DNA from: Dehalococcoidia bacterium | GTDB taxonomy: Bacteria > Chloroflexota > Dehalococcoidia > UBA2979 | Direction: 5' to 3' | Length of the DNA stretch: 64,000 nt | NCBI GenBank assembly: GCA_965219085.1 | Contig: OZ244720.1 | Span: forward strand, 2,272,001 to 2,336,000 | Part shown: piece by piece, positions 32,093 through 44,731 of the stretch | How positions within the stretch are numbered: position 1 is the first letter of the stretch | Layout of the letters: each line of letters begins with the position of its first letter | The notes under the pieces: generated by a model | Database searches by the model: none | What the model saw: the letters and a program-made list of their open reading frames with translations, nothing else | What the model was told of the DNA's origin: nothing | Program-made: the position numbers and the translations under genes

Positions 32093-34597
32093 GTGAGCAC
32101 ATGGCGCATCGCTACCCTGACCCTGCTTGCCGCGATCATTGGCCTCGTCGCCGCCGCGATGCCGCCGACGGCCCAGGCACAGCGTCCGCCCATCGACCCG
32201 TGCACCGACTGCTGGTGGGTCGGGCCGGGCAACGCACGCCTCACCCACGCAGAGGCCGACGTGACCGTCGCCGACGGGCGCTACCGCACGCGCTGGACGC
32301 TCACCTTCGAGCACCCCGGCAGGGGCGGCCTCGCCGAGGGGCGCGTGATCGCCCCGCTGCCCCCGGACAGCGTCGTGACCGATCTCACGCTGGCCGGCGG
32401 CCCGCAGACCCTCGAGGGGCGGCTGCTCGGGGCGGGCGACGCCTCGCGCATCTACCAGGAGATCGTGAGCCGCCTCATCGACCCGGCGCTGCTGCGCTCG
32501 CTCGGCGATGACCTCTACGAGATCCGCGCCTTCCCCGTGCCGGCCGGCGAGACACGCCGGGTGCGCTACACCGTGACGACCCCCCTCGCGGCCGAGTCCA
32601 ACGAGGTGGTGGTCGAGGCGCCGTGGTCGCGGATGTCGCCGCGACCGGCCGCGGCCAGGATCACCGCGGCCATCGACGTGCCGTGGGAGGTGCGAACCGC
32701 GATCGCGCCGGGGCACGTGCCCACTATCGAGCGGAGCGGACCGGGCACGCTCGACGTGTCCTGGGAGTCGCCCGCCGACTGGACGGCGGCTCGCGACTTC
32801 CGCCTGCACCTCGCCGGCGGCGACGGCCTCGTTGCCGCACGCCTGCTCGCGCATAGGGAGGGCGATGAAGACGGCTACTTCGCGCTGCTACTCGCACCCT
32901 CGCTGGACACGGGCGACCGCGTCGCGCGCGACATCGTGATCGTGGTTGACCGCAGCGGCTCGATGTATGGCGAGAAGATCAAGCAGGCCCGCGCCGCGGC
33001 TGCCGCTATCCTCGACGACCTCGGGAGCGAGGATCGCTTCGGCATCGTCAGCTTCGCCGACAGCGCGACCTCCTTCGCCGACGCACTGCAGCCCGCGTCC
33101 GCGGCGACTGCAGGCAAGGCCTGGATCGAACGCATCGAGGACAGCGGGGGCACCAACATCGCCGCAGCGCTGACCGAGGCGATGGATCTGTTGGGGAGCG
33201 ACCGGCCCGCGACGGTGGTGTTCCTCACCGACGGCCTGCCCACGGTCGGCATCGGCGACACCGACGGCATCGTCGCTGTCGCCCAGTCGGCCGCGCCCGC
33301 GAACGTGCAGCTCTTCGCGTTCGGCGTGGGCTTCGACGTCGATGCGGTGCTGCTCGACGCGCTGACCTCGCGCTTCACCGGCTCCAGCCACTACGTTACG
33401 CCGGACGAGCGCATCGACACCGAGGTGGGCAAGCTCAGCGAGCGCATCTCGACCCCCGTACTGCTCTCCACCGCGATCACGTTCGAGCTGCCCGAGGGCG
33501 TCGAGGCGCCGACGGTGCGCGCGCTCGCGCCCGCCAGTCCCGGCGGCATCTTCGTCGGCGAGCAGGTGCTCATCGCGGGCCGCTACGAGGGCTCGGGCGA
33601 TGTCACCGCAGTGCTGACCGGGCAGAGCGCCGAGGGCAAGCAGCGCTTCGAGTACGAACTGGCGCTGCCGGAGACCTCGGACGACCCGGGTATCGCCTTG
33701 CTGTGGGCGCAGCGCCGCATCGCCGACCTGCTGCGCGAGCTACGCATCGAGGGTGCGCGCGAGGGCCTCATCGAGTCCATCGTCGGCATCGCCAACCAGT
33801 TCGGCATCGTCACGCCGTACACGTCCTACCTCGCCGAGGAGCCCGAAGCGGTCTTCGAGGCGGAGGATGCAATGGCCGCCATGGCCGACGGCATGGCGGA
33901 CGACGACTCGTTCGGCGAGGCGGCCGTGCGAACGTCGGAGAGCGTGTCGGAGCTTGCCGAGGGGCAGGTCGAGCACTCGACGCCGTCGGCCGCGCGCCTC
34001 GTCGGCACCCGCACCTACTACCTGATCGGCGACACGTGGACCGAGGAGGGCTTCGACCGCTCCGGTCCGGAGCCCGACGAGGTGACGCTCGACGCTGCGA
34101 AGCTCGCTGAGCTGCAGTCCGGCGACCCGCAGCTCGTGGCTGCCTCGGCGCTCGGCCCGCGCGTGATCACCCTCGGCGCGACCGGCTGGGCGCTGCTCGT
34201 CTGGCCGGAGCCAACCGTCGAGGACACGACCACCGATACGGGGACGCCGACCGCGACAGAGACGCCGACCGCGACGGAGACGCCGACCGCGACTGAGACG
34301 CCGACCGACACTGAGACGCCGACCGACACGGAGACGCTGACCGACACGGAGACGCCGACCGACACGGAGACGCCGACCGCGACGGAGACGCCGACCCCGG
34401 ACACCGACTACGTAGTGCAGTCGGGTGACACGCTGTGGCGGATCGCCGCGGACTGCTACGGCGAGGGACGGCGCTGGCCGGAGATCTGGGACGCCAACCG
34501 CGACCGAGTCATGGACGACGGCCGCACGTTCAGCAACGCGAATCTCATCCGCATCGGGTGGACGCTGACCATCCCCGGCGGGTGCGAGGGTGAGTAG
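32093..34597 (+). CDS. Secreted VIT-vWA protein with Thr/Pro/Glu repeat linker and C-terminal LysM
   Basis: Signal peptide; VIT (LIDPALL, RAFPVPAG); MIDAS DRSGSM..GGTNI..LTDG; LysM YVVQSGDTLWRIA..IRIGWTLTIP. Confidence 0.88.
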   Translation: MSTWRIATLTLLAAIIGLVAAAMPPTAQAQRPPIDPCTDCWWVGPGNARLTHAEADVTVADGRYRTRWTLTFEHPGRGGLAEGRVIAPLPPDSVVTDLTLAGGPQTLEGRLLGAGDASRIYQEIVSRLIDPALLRSLGDDLYEIRAFPVPAGETRRVRYTVTTPLAAESNEVVVEAPWSRMSPRPAAARITAAIDVPWEVRTAIAPGHVPTIERSGPGTLDVSWESPADWTAARDFRLHLAGGDGLVAARLLAHREGDEDGYFALLLAPSLDTGDRVARDIVIVVDRSGSMYGEKIKQARAAAAAILDDLGSEDRFGIVSFADSATSFADALQPASAATAGKAWIERIEDSGGTNIAAALTEAMDLLGSDRPATVVFLTDGLPTVGIGDTDGIVAVAQSAAPANVQLFAFGVGFDVDAVLLDALTSRFTGSSHYVTPDERIDTEVGKLSERISTPVLLSTAITFELPEGVEAPTVRALAPASPGGIFVGEQVLIAGRYEGSGDVTAVLTGQSAEGKQRFEYELALPETSDDPGIALLWAQRRIADLLRELRIEGAREGLIESIVGIANQFGIVTPYTSYLAEEPEAVFEAEDAMAAMADGMADDDSFGEAAVRTSESVSELAEGQVEHSTPSAARLVGTRTYYLIGDTWTEEGFDRSGPEPDEVTLDAAKLAELQSGDPQLVAASALGPRVITLGATGWALLVWPEPTVEDTTTDTGTPTATETPTATETPTATETPTDTETPTDTETLTDTETPTDTETPTATETPTPDTDYVVQSGDTLWRIAADCYGEGRRWPEIWDANRDRVMDDGRTFSNANLIRIGWTLTIPGGCEGE
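34244..34396 (+). repeat. Coding 18-bp tandem repeat (TPTATE/TPTDTE, about 8.5 copies)
   Basis: Read directly. Confidence 0.9.
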
Positions 34598-34658
34598 GCC
34601 GGGCGCGTCGGTTGCCGACGGGGGTACGCACATGTGAGGATTCGAGGCGAGGACGCCG

Positions 34659-35327
34659 ATGCCGAAGCAGGTCACCAACGTCGCCGCCGACGACGCGCTC
34701 ACGACGATCTACCGGATCTCGCACGACGAGCAGGAAGAGGTCATCGCCGCGCGCGTCGCGGAGCGGCTCGGCATCAAGCCGGCCTCGGTGGCCGGCATGC
34801 TCACGCGGCTCCGCCGCGACCGCCTCGTCAACATCGATGGCCGCAAGCGCATCTCGCTCAGCAAGGCAGGATTCGAGCGCGCCGAGCACATGGTCCGCAG
34901 GCACCGCCTGGCCGAGTGCCTGCTCGTCGAGACGCTGGGCCTGGAGTGGTGGCGCGCCTACGAAGAGGCGCACCTCATGGAGCACGCCATCTCCGACGTG
35001 ACCGAGCCGCTGATCGTCGAGCGCCTCGGCGAGCCGACGGTGTCGCCGTTCGGCTACCCGATCCCCGGCACCGATCACCAACACCCGCTGTCCGGGCGGC
35101 GTCTCTCCTCCATCGAGGCCGGCGCGCGCGCCACCATCGAGCGGGTATACGAGGAGGAAGAGGAGCTGCTCCGCTTCTTCCACGAGGAGGGCATTCGGCC
35201 CAACGTCGAGTTCACCGTGCAGGATGTCGCCCCGTACCGCGGCACCGTCACCATCGCCCTCGACGGCCGCGAACTGGTGCTCGGCCTTGAGGCCGCGCAC
35301 CGCATCTGGGTGTGGGACGAGGACTGA
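34659..35327 (+). CDS. DtxR/MntR family metal-dependent regulator with FeoA domain
   Basis: VAERLGIKPASVAGML, RRHRLAECLL, EEAHLMEHAIS, SPFGYPIP. Confidence 0.92.
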   Translation: MPKQVTNVAADDALTTIYRISHDEQEEVIAARVAERLGIKPASVAGMLTRLRRDRLVNIDGRKRISLSKAGFERAEHMVRRHRLAECLLVETLGLEWWRAYEEAHLMEHAISDVTEPLIVERLGEPTVSPFGYPIPGTDHQHPLSGRRLSSIEAGARATIERVYEEEEELLRFFHEEGIRPNVEFTVQDVAPYRGTVTIALDGRELVLGLEAAHRIWVWDED

Positions 35328-35369
35328 ACCACCTTTCGGGTAACATAGTTGTGCCAGTAAGGTAGTCGT

Positions 35370-35585
35370 ATGAGCAGCGCGACGAGGATCATCAACGCGG
35401 TGCGTGGCTTGCGCGACGAAGCCGGCTTCGAGCCTGAGGAAGCCGACGCCATCGGCGTCGCCGCTGCTGAGGTAGCAGAGGCTGCGGCGGATCGGATGCT
35501 GATTCGGCTCGGTGCGTGGGTCCTCGGCGTAGTGGGCGTTGCCACTGCGATCATCATCGCGGTGATCCGGTTGAGCTTTTCCTAG
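35370..35585 (+). CDS. Small protein with C-terminal TM helix (DUF1640/CCDC90-like)
   Basis: LRDEAGFEPEEADAI then hydrophobic tail; family is inference. Confidence 0.55.
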   Translation: MSSATRIINAVRGLRDEAGFEPEEADAIGVAAAEVAEAAADRMLIRLGAWVLGVVGVATAIIIAVIRLSFS

Positions 35586-35613
35586 CCCCGACTCCGGTGA
35601 CGAATCCCGGTCG

Positions 35614-35657
35614 GCGCTATGCGCCGCGCATGACCTGCGCCGCCTCCACCATGTGCT
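35614..35657 (-). repeat. Displaced copy of metE 3' end
   Basis: 43/44 identical to 35861-35904; the mismatch is synonymous (GTC/GTG). Confidence 0.95.
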
Positions 35658-35659
35658 AC

Positions 35660-35818
35660 ATCGGCCTCGCGACAGTCGAGGCGGCGGAGGCAGCAGCGGA
35701 TCGCATCGCAGATCGGCTGCTGATCTGGCTCGGTGCGTGGACGCTGGGGGTCGTGCTGGGCGTCGTCAGCATTGCCACCGCGATCATCACCGCGGTGATC
35801 CGATTGAGCCTGTCCTAA
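35660..35818 (+). pseudogene. 5'-truncated paralog of 35370-35585
   Basis: AADRIADRLLIWLGAW..ATAIITAVIRLSLS versus AADRMLIRLGAW..ATAIIIAVIRLSFS. Confidence 0.7.
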
Positions 35819-35863
35819 CGCCCCTACTGCCTCGATCCCCGGCGCCGTACTCGCGCTGGTGCG

Positions 35864-38164
35864 CTATGCGCCGCGCATCACCTGCGCCGCCTCCACCATG
35901 TGCTCCAGCGCCGGCACCGTCTCCTCGTAGCGACGCGTCTTGAGGCCGCAGTCCGGGTTCACCCACAGCAGCCCGGGATCGAGCACCGACGCCGCCTCCT
36001 CGAGGCGGCCGACCATCTCGGCCGCCGACGGTACGCGCGGTGAGTGGATGTCGTACACGCCGAGCCCGAGGTCCTTGTCGTAGCCGCGGTCGCGGAAGCC
36101 GTCGAGGCTCTCCGCGTCGGAGCGCGCGTTGAACAGCAGCATCACGTCGGCCTCCATCTCGGAGACCGCGTCCAGCACATCGCCGAGGTGCACGTAGCAC
36201 ATGTGCGACTGGATCTGCGTGTCGTCGCGCACCCCCGCCGTCGCCAGGCGGAAGCACGGCACGGCCCAGCCGAGGTACGCCGGCCAGTCCGCGCGTCGCA
36301 GCGGCACGCCCTCGCGCAGCGCAGGCTCGTCGACCTGGATCACGCGGATGCCGGCTGCCTCGAGGTCCACGACCTCGTCGCGGATCGCGAGGGCGATCTG
36401 GCGGCACGTCTCCGCGCGGGGCTGGTCGTCGCGCACGAACGACCAGTTGAGGATCGTCACCGGCCCGGTGAGCATGCCCTTCACGGGGCGGTCGGTCAGC
36501 GACTGCGCGTACGTCGCCCAGCGCACCGTCATCGGGCCCGGGCGCGCCACGTCGCCGTACACGATCGGCGGCTTCACGTTGCGCGACCCGTACGACTGCA
36601 CCCACCCGAAGCGCGTGAACGCGAAACCGTCGAGTTGCTCGCCGAAGTACTCGACCATGTCGTTGCGCTCCGACTCGCCGTGCACGAGCACGTCGAGGCC
36701 GATGCGCTCCTGGAGCCGGATCACCTGCTCGATCTCGGCCTCGAGGAAGCCCTCGTACTCCTCGGCGGTGATGCGGCCGTTGGCGAAGCGGCGGCGCTCG
36801 CGCCGGATCTCCGGCGTCTGCGGGAACGAGCCGATCGTGGTGGTCGGGAACGGCGGCAGGCCGAGGCGCATGCGCTGCGCAGCACGGCGCTCCTCGACGC
36901 CCCCGTCGCGGTCGTAGTCGTCCGACGTGGTCGATGCGACCCGCTCGCGCACGGCGGGGTTGTGCGTCCGAGGCGAGTTGCGGCGCGACTCGAGCGCCGA
37001 GCGGTTCGCGGCGAGCTCATCGGGTGCGGCGTTCGGGTCGACGAGCGCGCGGCCGAGGACGGCGACCTCCTCGATCTTCTGGTTCGCGAACGCGAGCCAC
37101 GAGCGCAGCTCGGGGTCGAGGTCGGTTTCGAGGCCGAGCTCGATCGGCACGTGCAGCAGCGAGCACGACGCGCCGACGATGACGCGGTCCTCGCCGACGG
37201 CCGCGCCGATGTCGCGCAGCGTCGCGAGCGAGGCGTCGAGGTCGTTGGCCCAGACGTTGCGGCCATCGACGACGCCTGCGACGACGTGCTTGCCGCCCGG
37301 CAGGCCGTGGCGCTGCAGCAGCCCGAGGTTGCGCCGCCCGCGCACGAGGTCGAGGCCGATCGCCGCCACGGGCAGCTCGGTGAGCGTGCGGTACGCCTCG
37401 TCGACATTGCCGAAGTAGGTCTGCACCAGCAGCTTCGTCGAGCCGGCCGCCGTGGCCAGGCGCTCGTAGGCGCGGGTGAGCGCGGCCAGCTCCTCGGGTG
37501 TGCGGTCCTGCACGAGCACCGGCTCGTCGAGCTGCACCCACTGCGCGCCCGCCTCGTGCAGCAGCGCGAGCACCTCGGCGTAGACATCGAGCAGGCCCGG
37601 CAGCAGCGAGAGCAGGTCGAACCCGTCGTCGTGGTTGCCGTCGGCGTCGAAGCCGCGCGCGAGCAGCAGGAACGACACCGGCCCGAGCAGCACGGGCATC
37701 GTCTCGATGCCCGCCGCGCGCGCCTCGAGGTACTCGTCGAGCGGCTTGCGGTTGGCCAGCCGGAAGCGCGTGGCTGGCGACAGCTCGGGCACGAGGTAGT
37801 GGTAGTTGGTGTCGAACCACTTCACCATCTCGAGCGCGGTCACGTCGATGCCAGCGTCCTGCGCGCCGCGCGCCATGGCGAAGTAGGTGTCGAGGCCCCC
37901 GTCGCCGCCGTTGCGGTAGCGCGGCGGCGCCGCGTCGACCATCGCGATCGTGTCGAGCACGTGGTCGTAGTACGAGAAGGCGTTCGAGGGGATGAGGTCG
38001 ATCCCCGCGTCGCGCATGCGCGTCCACGCCTCCAGGCGCAGCGAGCGAGCGGTCGCCTCAAGGTCCTCGCGGCCCACTTCCCCGTCCCAGTAACCCTCGA
38101 CGGCGCGCTTGAGCTCGCGCCGCGCGCCGATGCGCGGATAGCCGGAGAGGGCGGACAGGGCCAT
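35864..38164 (-). CDS. metE: Cobalamin-independent methionine synthase
   Basis: GYPRIGARRELK, KWFDTNYHY, PTTTIGSFPQT, WVQSYGSR, WVNPDCGLKTR. Confidence 0.97.
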   Translation of the reverse strand: MALSALSGYPRIGARRELKRAVEGYWDGEVGREDLEATARSLRLEAWTRMRDAGIDLIPSNAFSYYDHVLDTIAMVDAAPPRYRNGGDGGLDTYFAMARGAQDAGIDVTALEMVKWFDTNYHYLVPELSPATRFRLANRKPLDEYLEARAAGIETMPVLLGPVSFLLLARGFDADGNHDDGFDLLSLLPGLLDVYAEVLALLHEAGAQWVQLDEPVLVQDRTPEELAALTRAYERLATAAGSTKLLVQTYFGNVDEAYRTLTELPVAAIGLDLVRGRRNLGLLQRHGLPGGKHVVAGVVDGRNVWANDLDASLATLRDIGAAVGEDRVIVGASCSLLHVPIELGLETDLDPELRSWLAFANQKIEEVAVLGRALVDPNAAPDELAANRSALESRRNSPRTHNPAVRERVASTTSDDYDRDGGVEERRAAQRMRLGLPPFPTTTIGSFPQTPEIRRERRRFANGRITAEEYEGFLEAEIEQVIRLQERIGLDVLVHGESERNDMVEYFGEQLDGFAFTRFGWVQSYGSRNVKPPIVYGDVARPGPMTVRWATYAQSLTDRPVKGMLTGPVTILNWSFVRDDQPRAETCRQIALAIRDEVVDLEAAGIRVIQVDEPALREGVPLRRADWPAYLGWAVPCFRLATAGVRDDTQIQSHMCYVHLGDVLDAVSEMEADVMLLFNARSDAESLDGFRDRGYDKDLGLGVYDIHSPRVPSAAEMVGRLEEAASVLDPGLLWVNPDCGLKTRRYEETVPALEHMVEAAQVMRGA

Positions 38165-38302
38165 GGGAGGGCTCCTCGGGGCGTGGGGATTCGGGGCTCG
38201 CCGGGTGGGTACGACGATCGTAGCGCGGGCGGTCGTGGCGGGCTACGCGGAAGCGCGCCGCATTGCGAGGCACTCACGCGTTGTGGTGTCTATAATGGCG
38301 TC

Positions 38303-38545
38303 ATGCCGGGAACGCCGCTCCCGCAGCTACGTGCACGAGCCGGGAGCCTGACGGCACGCGACCTCGTGCGCGAGTTGCGGGCGCGAGGATGGGTCGAAAT
38401 GGAGCGGAGGCGCGGCAAGGGCAGCCACCGAGTGTTCCGGAAGCCAGGCAGGCGCCGGGTTGTGGTTCCCCGAAGGCCCGCGCGAGGGACGGTGTTCGGC
38501 ATCCTCGGGAGCATCGAGGCGGATGAGGAGGCGGATCATGACTGA
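38303..38545 (+). CDS. hicA: HicA family toxin
   Basis: LRARGW..RGKGSHRVFRKPG..VVVP; TATAAT at 38291-38296; overlaps hicB start. Confidence 0.8.
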   Translation: MPGTPLPQLRARAGSLTARDLVRELRARGWVEMERRRGKGSHRVFRKPGRRRVVVPRRPARGTVFGILGSIEADEEADHD

Positions 38546-39005
38546 AGAGGCGACGATCGAAGCGGGGGTACGGGCAGCGGTCGCTGCTCCGTACACGCGG
38601 CTCTTCACGCGCGAGGAAGACGGCAGGTACTCGACGAGCGTCCTTGAGCTGCCGGGCTGCTTCTCGTCCGGGGACACGCCCGAAGACGCGATGGAGATGC
38701 TGGACGAGGCGATCGAGTTGTGGGTCGAGGCGGAACTCGAAGATGGCCACGACATCCCGCCGCCGTCGCGGGCGGTAGAGTACTCGGGCCGCCTCACACT
38801 GCGCCTGCTCCCCTCGATCCACGAGCGGGCGGCGCTCCTCGCGCAACACGAGCGCGTGAGCCTCAACCGCTACCTCGCCAACGCGATCAGCTACTACGTC
38901 GGGCTTGGCAGCCCGCAGGCTACGCCCGCGACCGCCGCGAGCGGGCAGCCCGCGCTGATGGTGCGGGAGGAGCCAGGGAGGTGGGGTGTTACGAACGAGG
39001 GGTAG
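38538..39005 (+). CDS. hicB: HicB family antitoxin
   Basis: LELPGCFSSGDTPEDA..AIELW; YSGRLTLRL..IHERA..VSLNRY. Confidence 0.88.
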   Translation: MTEEATIEAGVRAAVAAPYTRLFTREEDGRYSTSVLELPGCFSSGDTPEDAMEMLDEAIELWVEAELEDGHDIPPPSRAVEYSGRLTLRLLPSIHERAALLAQHERVSLNRYLANAISYYVGLGSPQATPATAASGQPALMVREEPGRWGVTNEG

Positions 39006-39032
39006 CAGGCTCGTCGAGCCGTGCTTCTCTTG

Positions 39033-39860
39033 TCAGGCACACTCGGCGATGAGGTATAGCATGCCTGCGGCGGCGCTGTGGATCGCGAATTTCGCAATCG
39101 ACTCCGAGCCCGAAGCCGCACCATGCGCCGCGCCTTCCGAGCCCCCACGGAGGTGATAGAGCTTCTTGAGTGCCTCCACCACGTTCGGGTCAAGGTCATG
39201 CTTGGTGCGCAGTGTGTCGAGGGCGTGATCGAGTAGGATCTTCGAGTCGTTCAGGAGCTCTCGGCAGACTTCCTCGACGGCGCTCGCCGCAGCGTGAACG
39301 GCCTCCGGATAATCCGCTCCTCTCGCCGACGTAGACTTGGTCAGCGCGGAAACGAACTTCTCTTCAGCGTCGGCGAAGCGAGGATCACGAAGAAGCGCGT
39401 CGCGCGCCTCGTCGACGGCTTGGTTCTCGATATCTGTGCCCGCCTCAACAATGTCGTCGCCAGCGAACCGATAGGCGAAGCGTGACAATGTGAACGCTTC
39501 GTCACACCCGACCTTGAGGATGATGTACCCCACAGGCCACTGCGCGTTGGCAGCCTTGACGAGCAACTCCACGATCTCGAGGAACTCGCCGACGCTGTGT
39601 TGGCTGGTGAGCAGCCTTTGAATCAGATTTCGCCGGTTACTCCAGCTTGCATCCAAGAGTGACGGGTCGAGCGCTAGGGAGCCCCACACCACACGAAAGA
39701 AGTTCTGCGAATGAGAGCCATCGACTTCCCACATCTCGTGGATCACCGCCGCTAGTTGGTTCGCTAGCCCTGCGGGGATGGAATCACGGATGAGGCCAGC
39801 TTCTCCTCTTGCGAGGCGCGCCGACCTGCGCTCGATGAACGTTGTTCCTCCCGGGGTCAT
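39033..39860 (-). CDS. AbiJ-like putative abortive-infection/defence protein
   Basis: Lower GC; ..FAYRF..; YPEAVHAAASAVEEV; LKKLYHLRG..AAHG (HEPN-like R..H). Family is inference. Confidence 0.5.
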   Translation of the reverse strand: MTPGGTTFIERRSARLARGEAGLIRDSIPAGLANQLAAVIHEMWEVDGSHSQNFFRVVWGSLALDPSLLDASWSNRRNLIQRLLTSQHSVGEFLEIVELLVKAANAQWPVGYIILKVGCDEAFTLSRFAYRFAGDDIVEAGTDIENQAVDEARDALLRDPRFADAEEKFVSALTKSTSARGADYPEAVHAAASAVEEVCRELLNDSKILLDHALDTLRTKHDLDPNVVEALKKLYHLRGGSEGAAHGAASGSESIAKFAIHSAAAGMLYLIAECA

Positions 39861-39926
39861 GTCAGCTCCAGCCTGACCACCGTTGTCGGGGGATCGTCGC
39901 CAGGCCCAACTCGGCTGCCGCCAAAG

Positions 39927-43787
<3,861 letters not shown>

Positions 43788-43982
43788 GGGAGCCCCCGGA
43801 TACGGCGGGGGTCAGACGGATCGCAATGCGTGCCCGGCCCCCGGCGGCGAAGTCACTGCGAGAACTGATGAGGCGCGTATGCGCGCGAACCCGCAGGGGA
43901 GCAAACGTTACCGAGATCGACTATCAGTTGTCAACGTGAGGAGACGCCTTAGCAATAAGGATAACGCGTCGGCCGAGGGGGC

Positions 43983-44042
43983 CTACCCGCTCCCCACGAT
44001 CGCCTCGAGGTCATCCGGCTGCTTCGGGATCGCGCCCGACAG
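43983..44042 (-). repeat. Displaced copy of pepP 3' end
   Basis: 51/60 identical to 44732-44791; LSGAIPKQPDDLEAIVGSG* versus LSGAIPKAPEDLEAIVGSG*. Confidence 0.95.
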
Positions 44043-44047
44043 CCGGC

Positions 44048-44419
44048 TCAGCGGATCTGCCGCACCCGGCCCGCCGACCCCCATGCCGTGTCCGCCGTCA
44101 GCACATCGGCGTCGAGGCGCTCGCCGAGAGCCATGCAGAGACGGTCCGCCAGCGACAGGTTCTCGCCGCGTCGCCAGCGGCGCGCGGCCCACTCGGCGTC
44201 CGCTTCCAGTACCGGCTCGACGCGGACCCCGTAGCCCGCCAGCAGCGCCCCGCGGGCCATAGGCCAGTCCCGGCCCGCTGCCAGCACCCACTGCGCTACC
44301 TCGGACCAGTTCGCGGCGCCGCACCTGGCGTCGCTGGCGAGCGCCGACTCGACCACGTCGGCGCCTTCCTCGCCATGCACGAAGGCGAGCACCGCCGACG
44401 CGTCAAGCACGACCGTCAC
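44048..44419 (-). CDS. vapC: VapC/PIN-domain toxin
   Basis: VVLDASAVLA, NWSEV, LSLADRLC, LTADTAW. Confidence 0.9.
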   Translation of the reverse strand: MTVVLDASAVLAFVHGEEGADVVESALASDARCGAANWSEVAQWVLAAGRDWPMARGALLAGYGVRVEPVLEADAEWAARRWRRGENLSLADRLCMALGERLDADVLTADTAWGSAGRVRQIR

Positions 44420-44661
44420 CCGGCGTCCTCGAGCTCAGCAGCGCGCCGCCGCTCCGCGAGCAGCTCGCCCACGAGGTCGAGACCGGCGAGGTCGGCGCGG
44501 ACGCGGTCGAGTAGCTGCTCGCGCGTCAGCAGGAGCAGACCGTCCGGCGTCTCGAGCAGCATGAGTTGCGTGCCCTCAACCAGCCCTCTGCGCGCGCGGA
44601 CCTCGGCGGGCACGACGACCCTGCCCCGGTCTCCCACAACGACGCTATACGTCCCATCCAT
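44416..44661 (-). CDS. AbrB/MazE-type antitoxin
   Basis: VGDRGRVVVPAEVRARRGL; GTGA overlap with vapC. Confidence 0.88.
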   Translation of the reverse strand: MDGTYSVVVGDRGRVVVPAEVRARRGLVEGTQLMLLETPDGLLLLTREQLLDRVRADLAGLDLVGELLAERRRAAELEDAG

Positions 44662-44731
44662 GGTGCGAGCGTACCACATCGTGATCGTTGGTGGGATCCG
44701 GGACGTGGTGGTGCGCAGGGCAGTCCGATGA

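Noticed and set aside
38165-38300. SAM or cobalamin riboswitch upstream of metE
   Set aside because: The region is short and lacks recognisable conserved motifs.
36044-38300. Long antisense/alternative-frame ORFs (e.g. 36044-38545, 19617-21662, 41112-43007, 48041-50164)
   Set aside because: Shadow ORFs of high-GC genes; only the distal hicA and phd portions look real.
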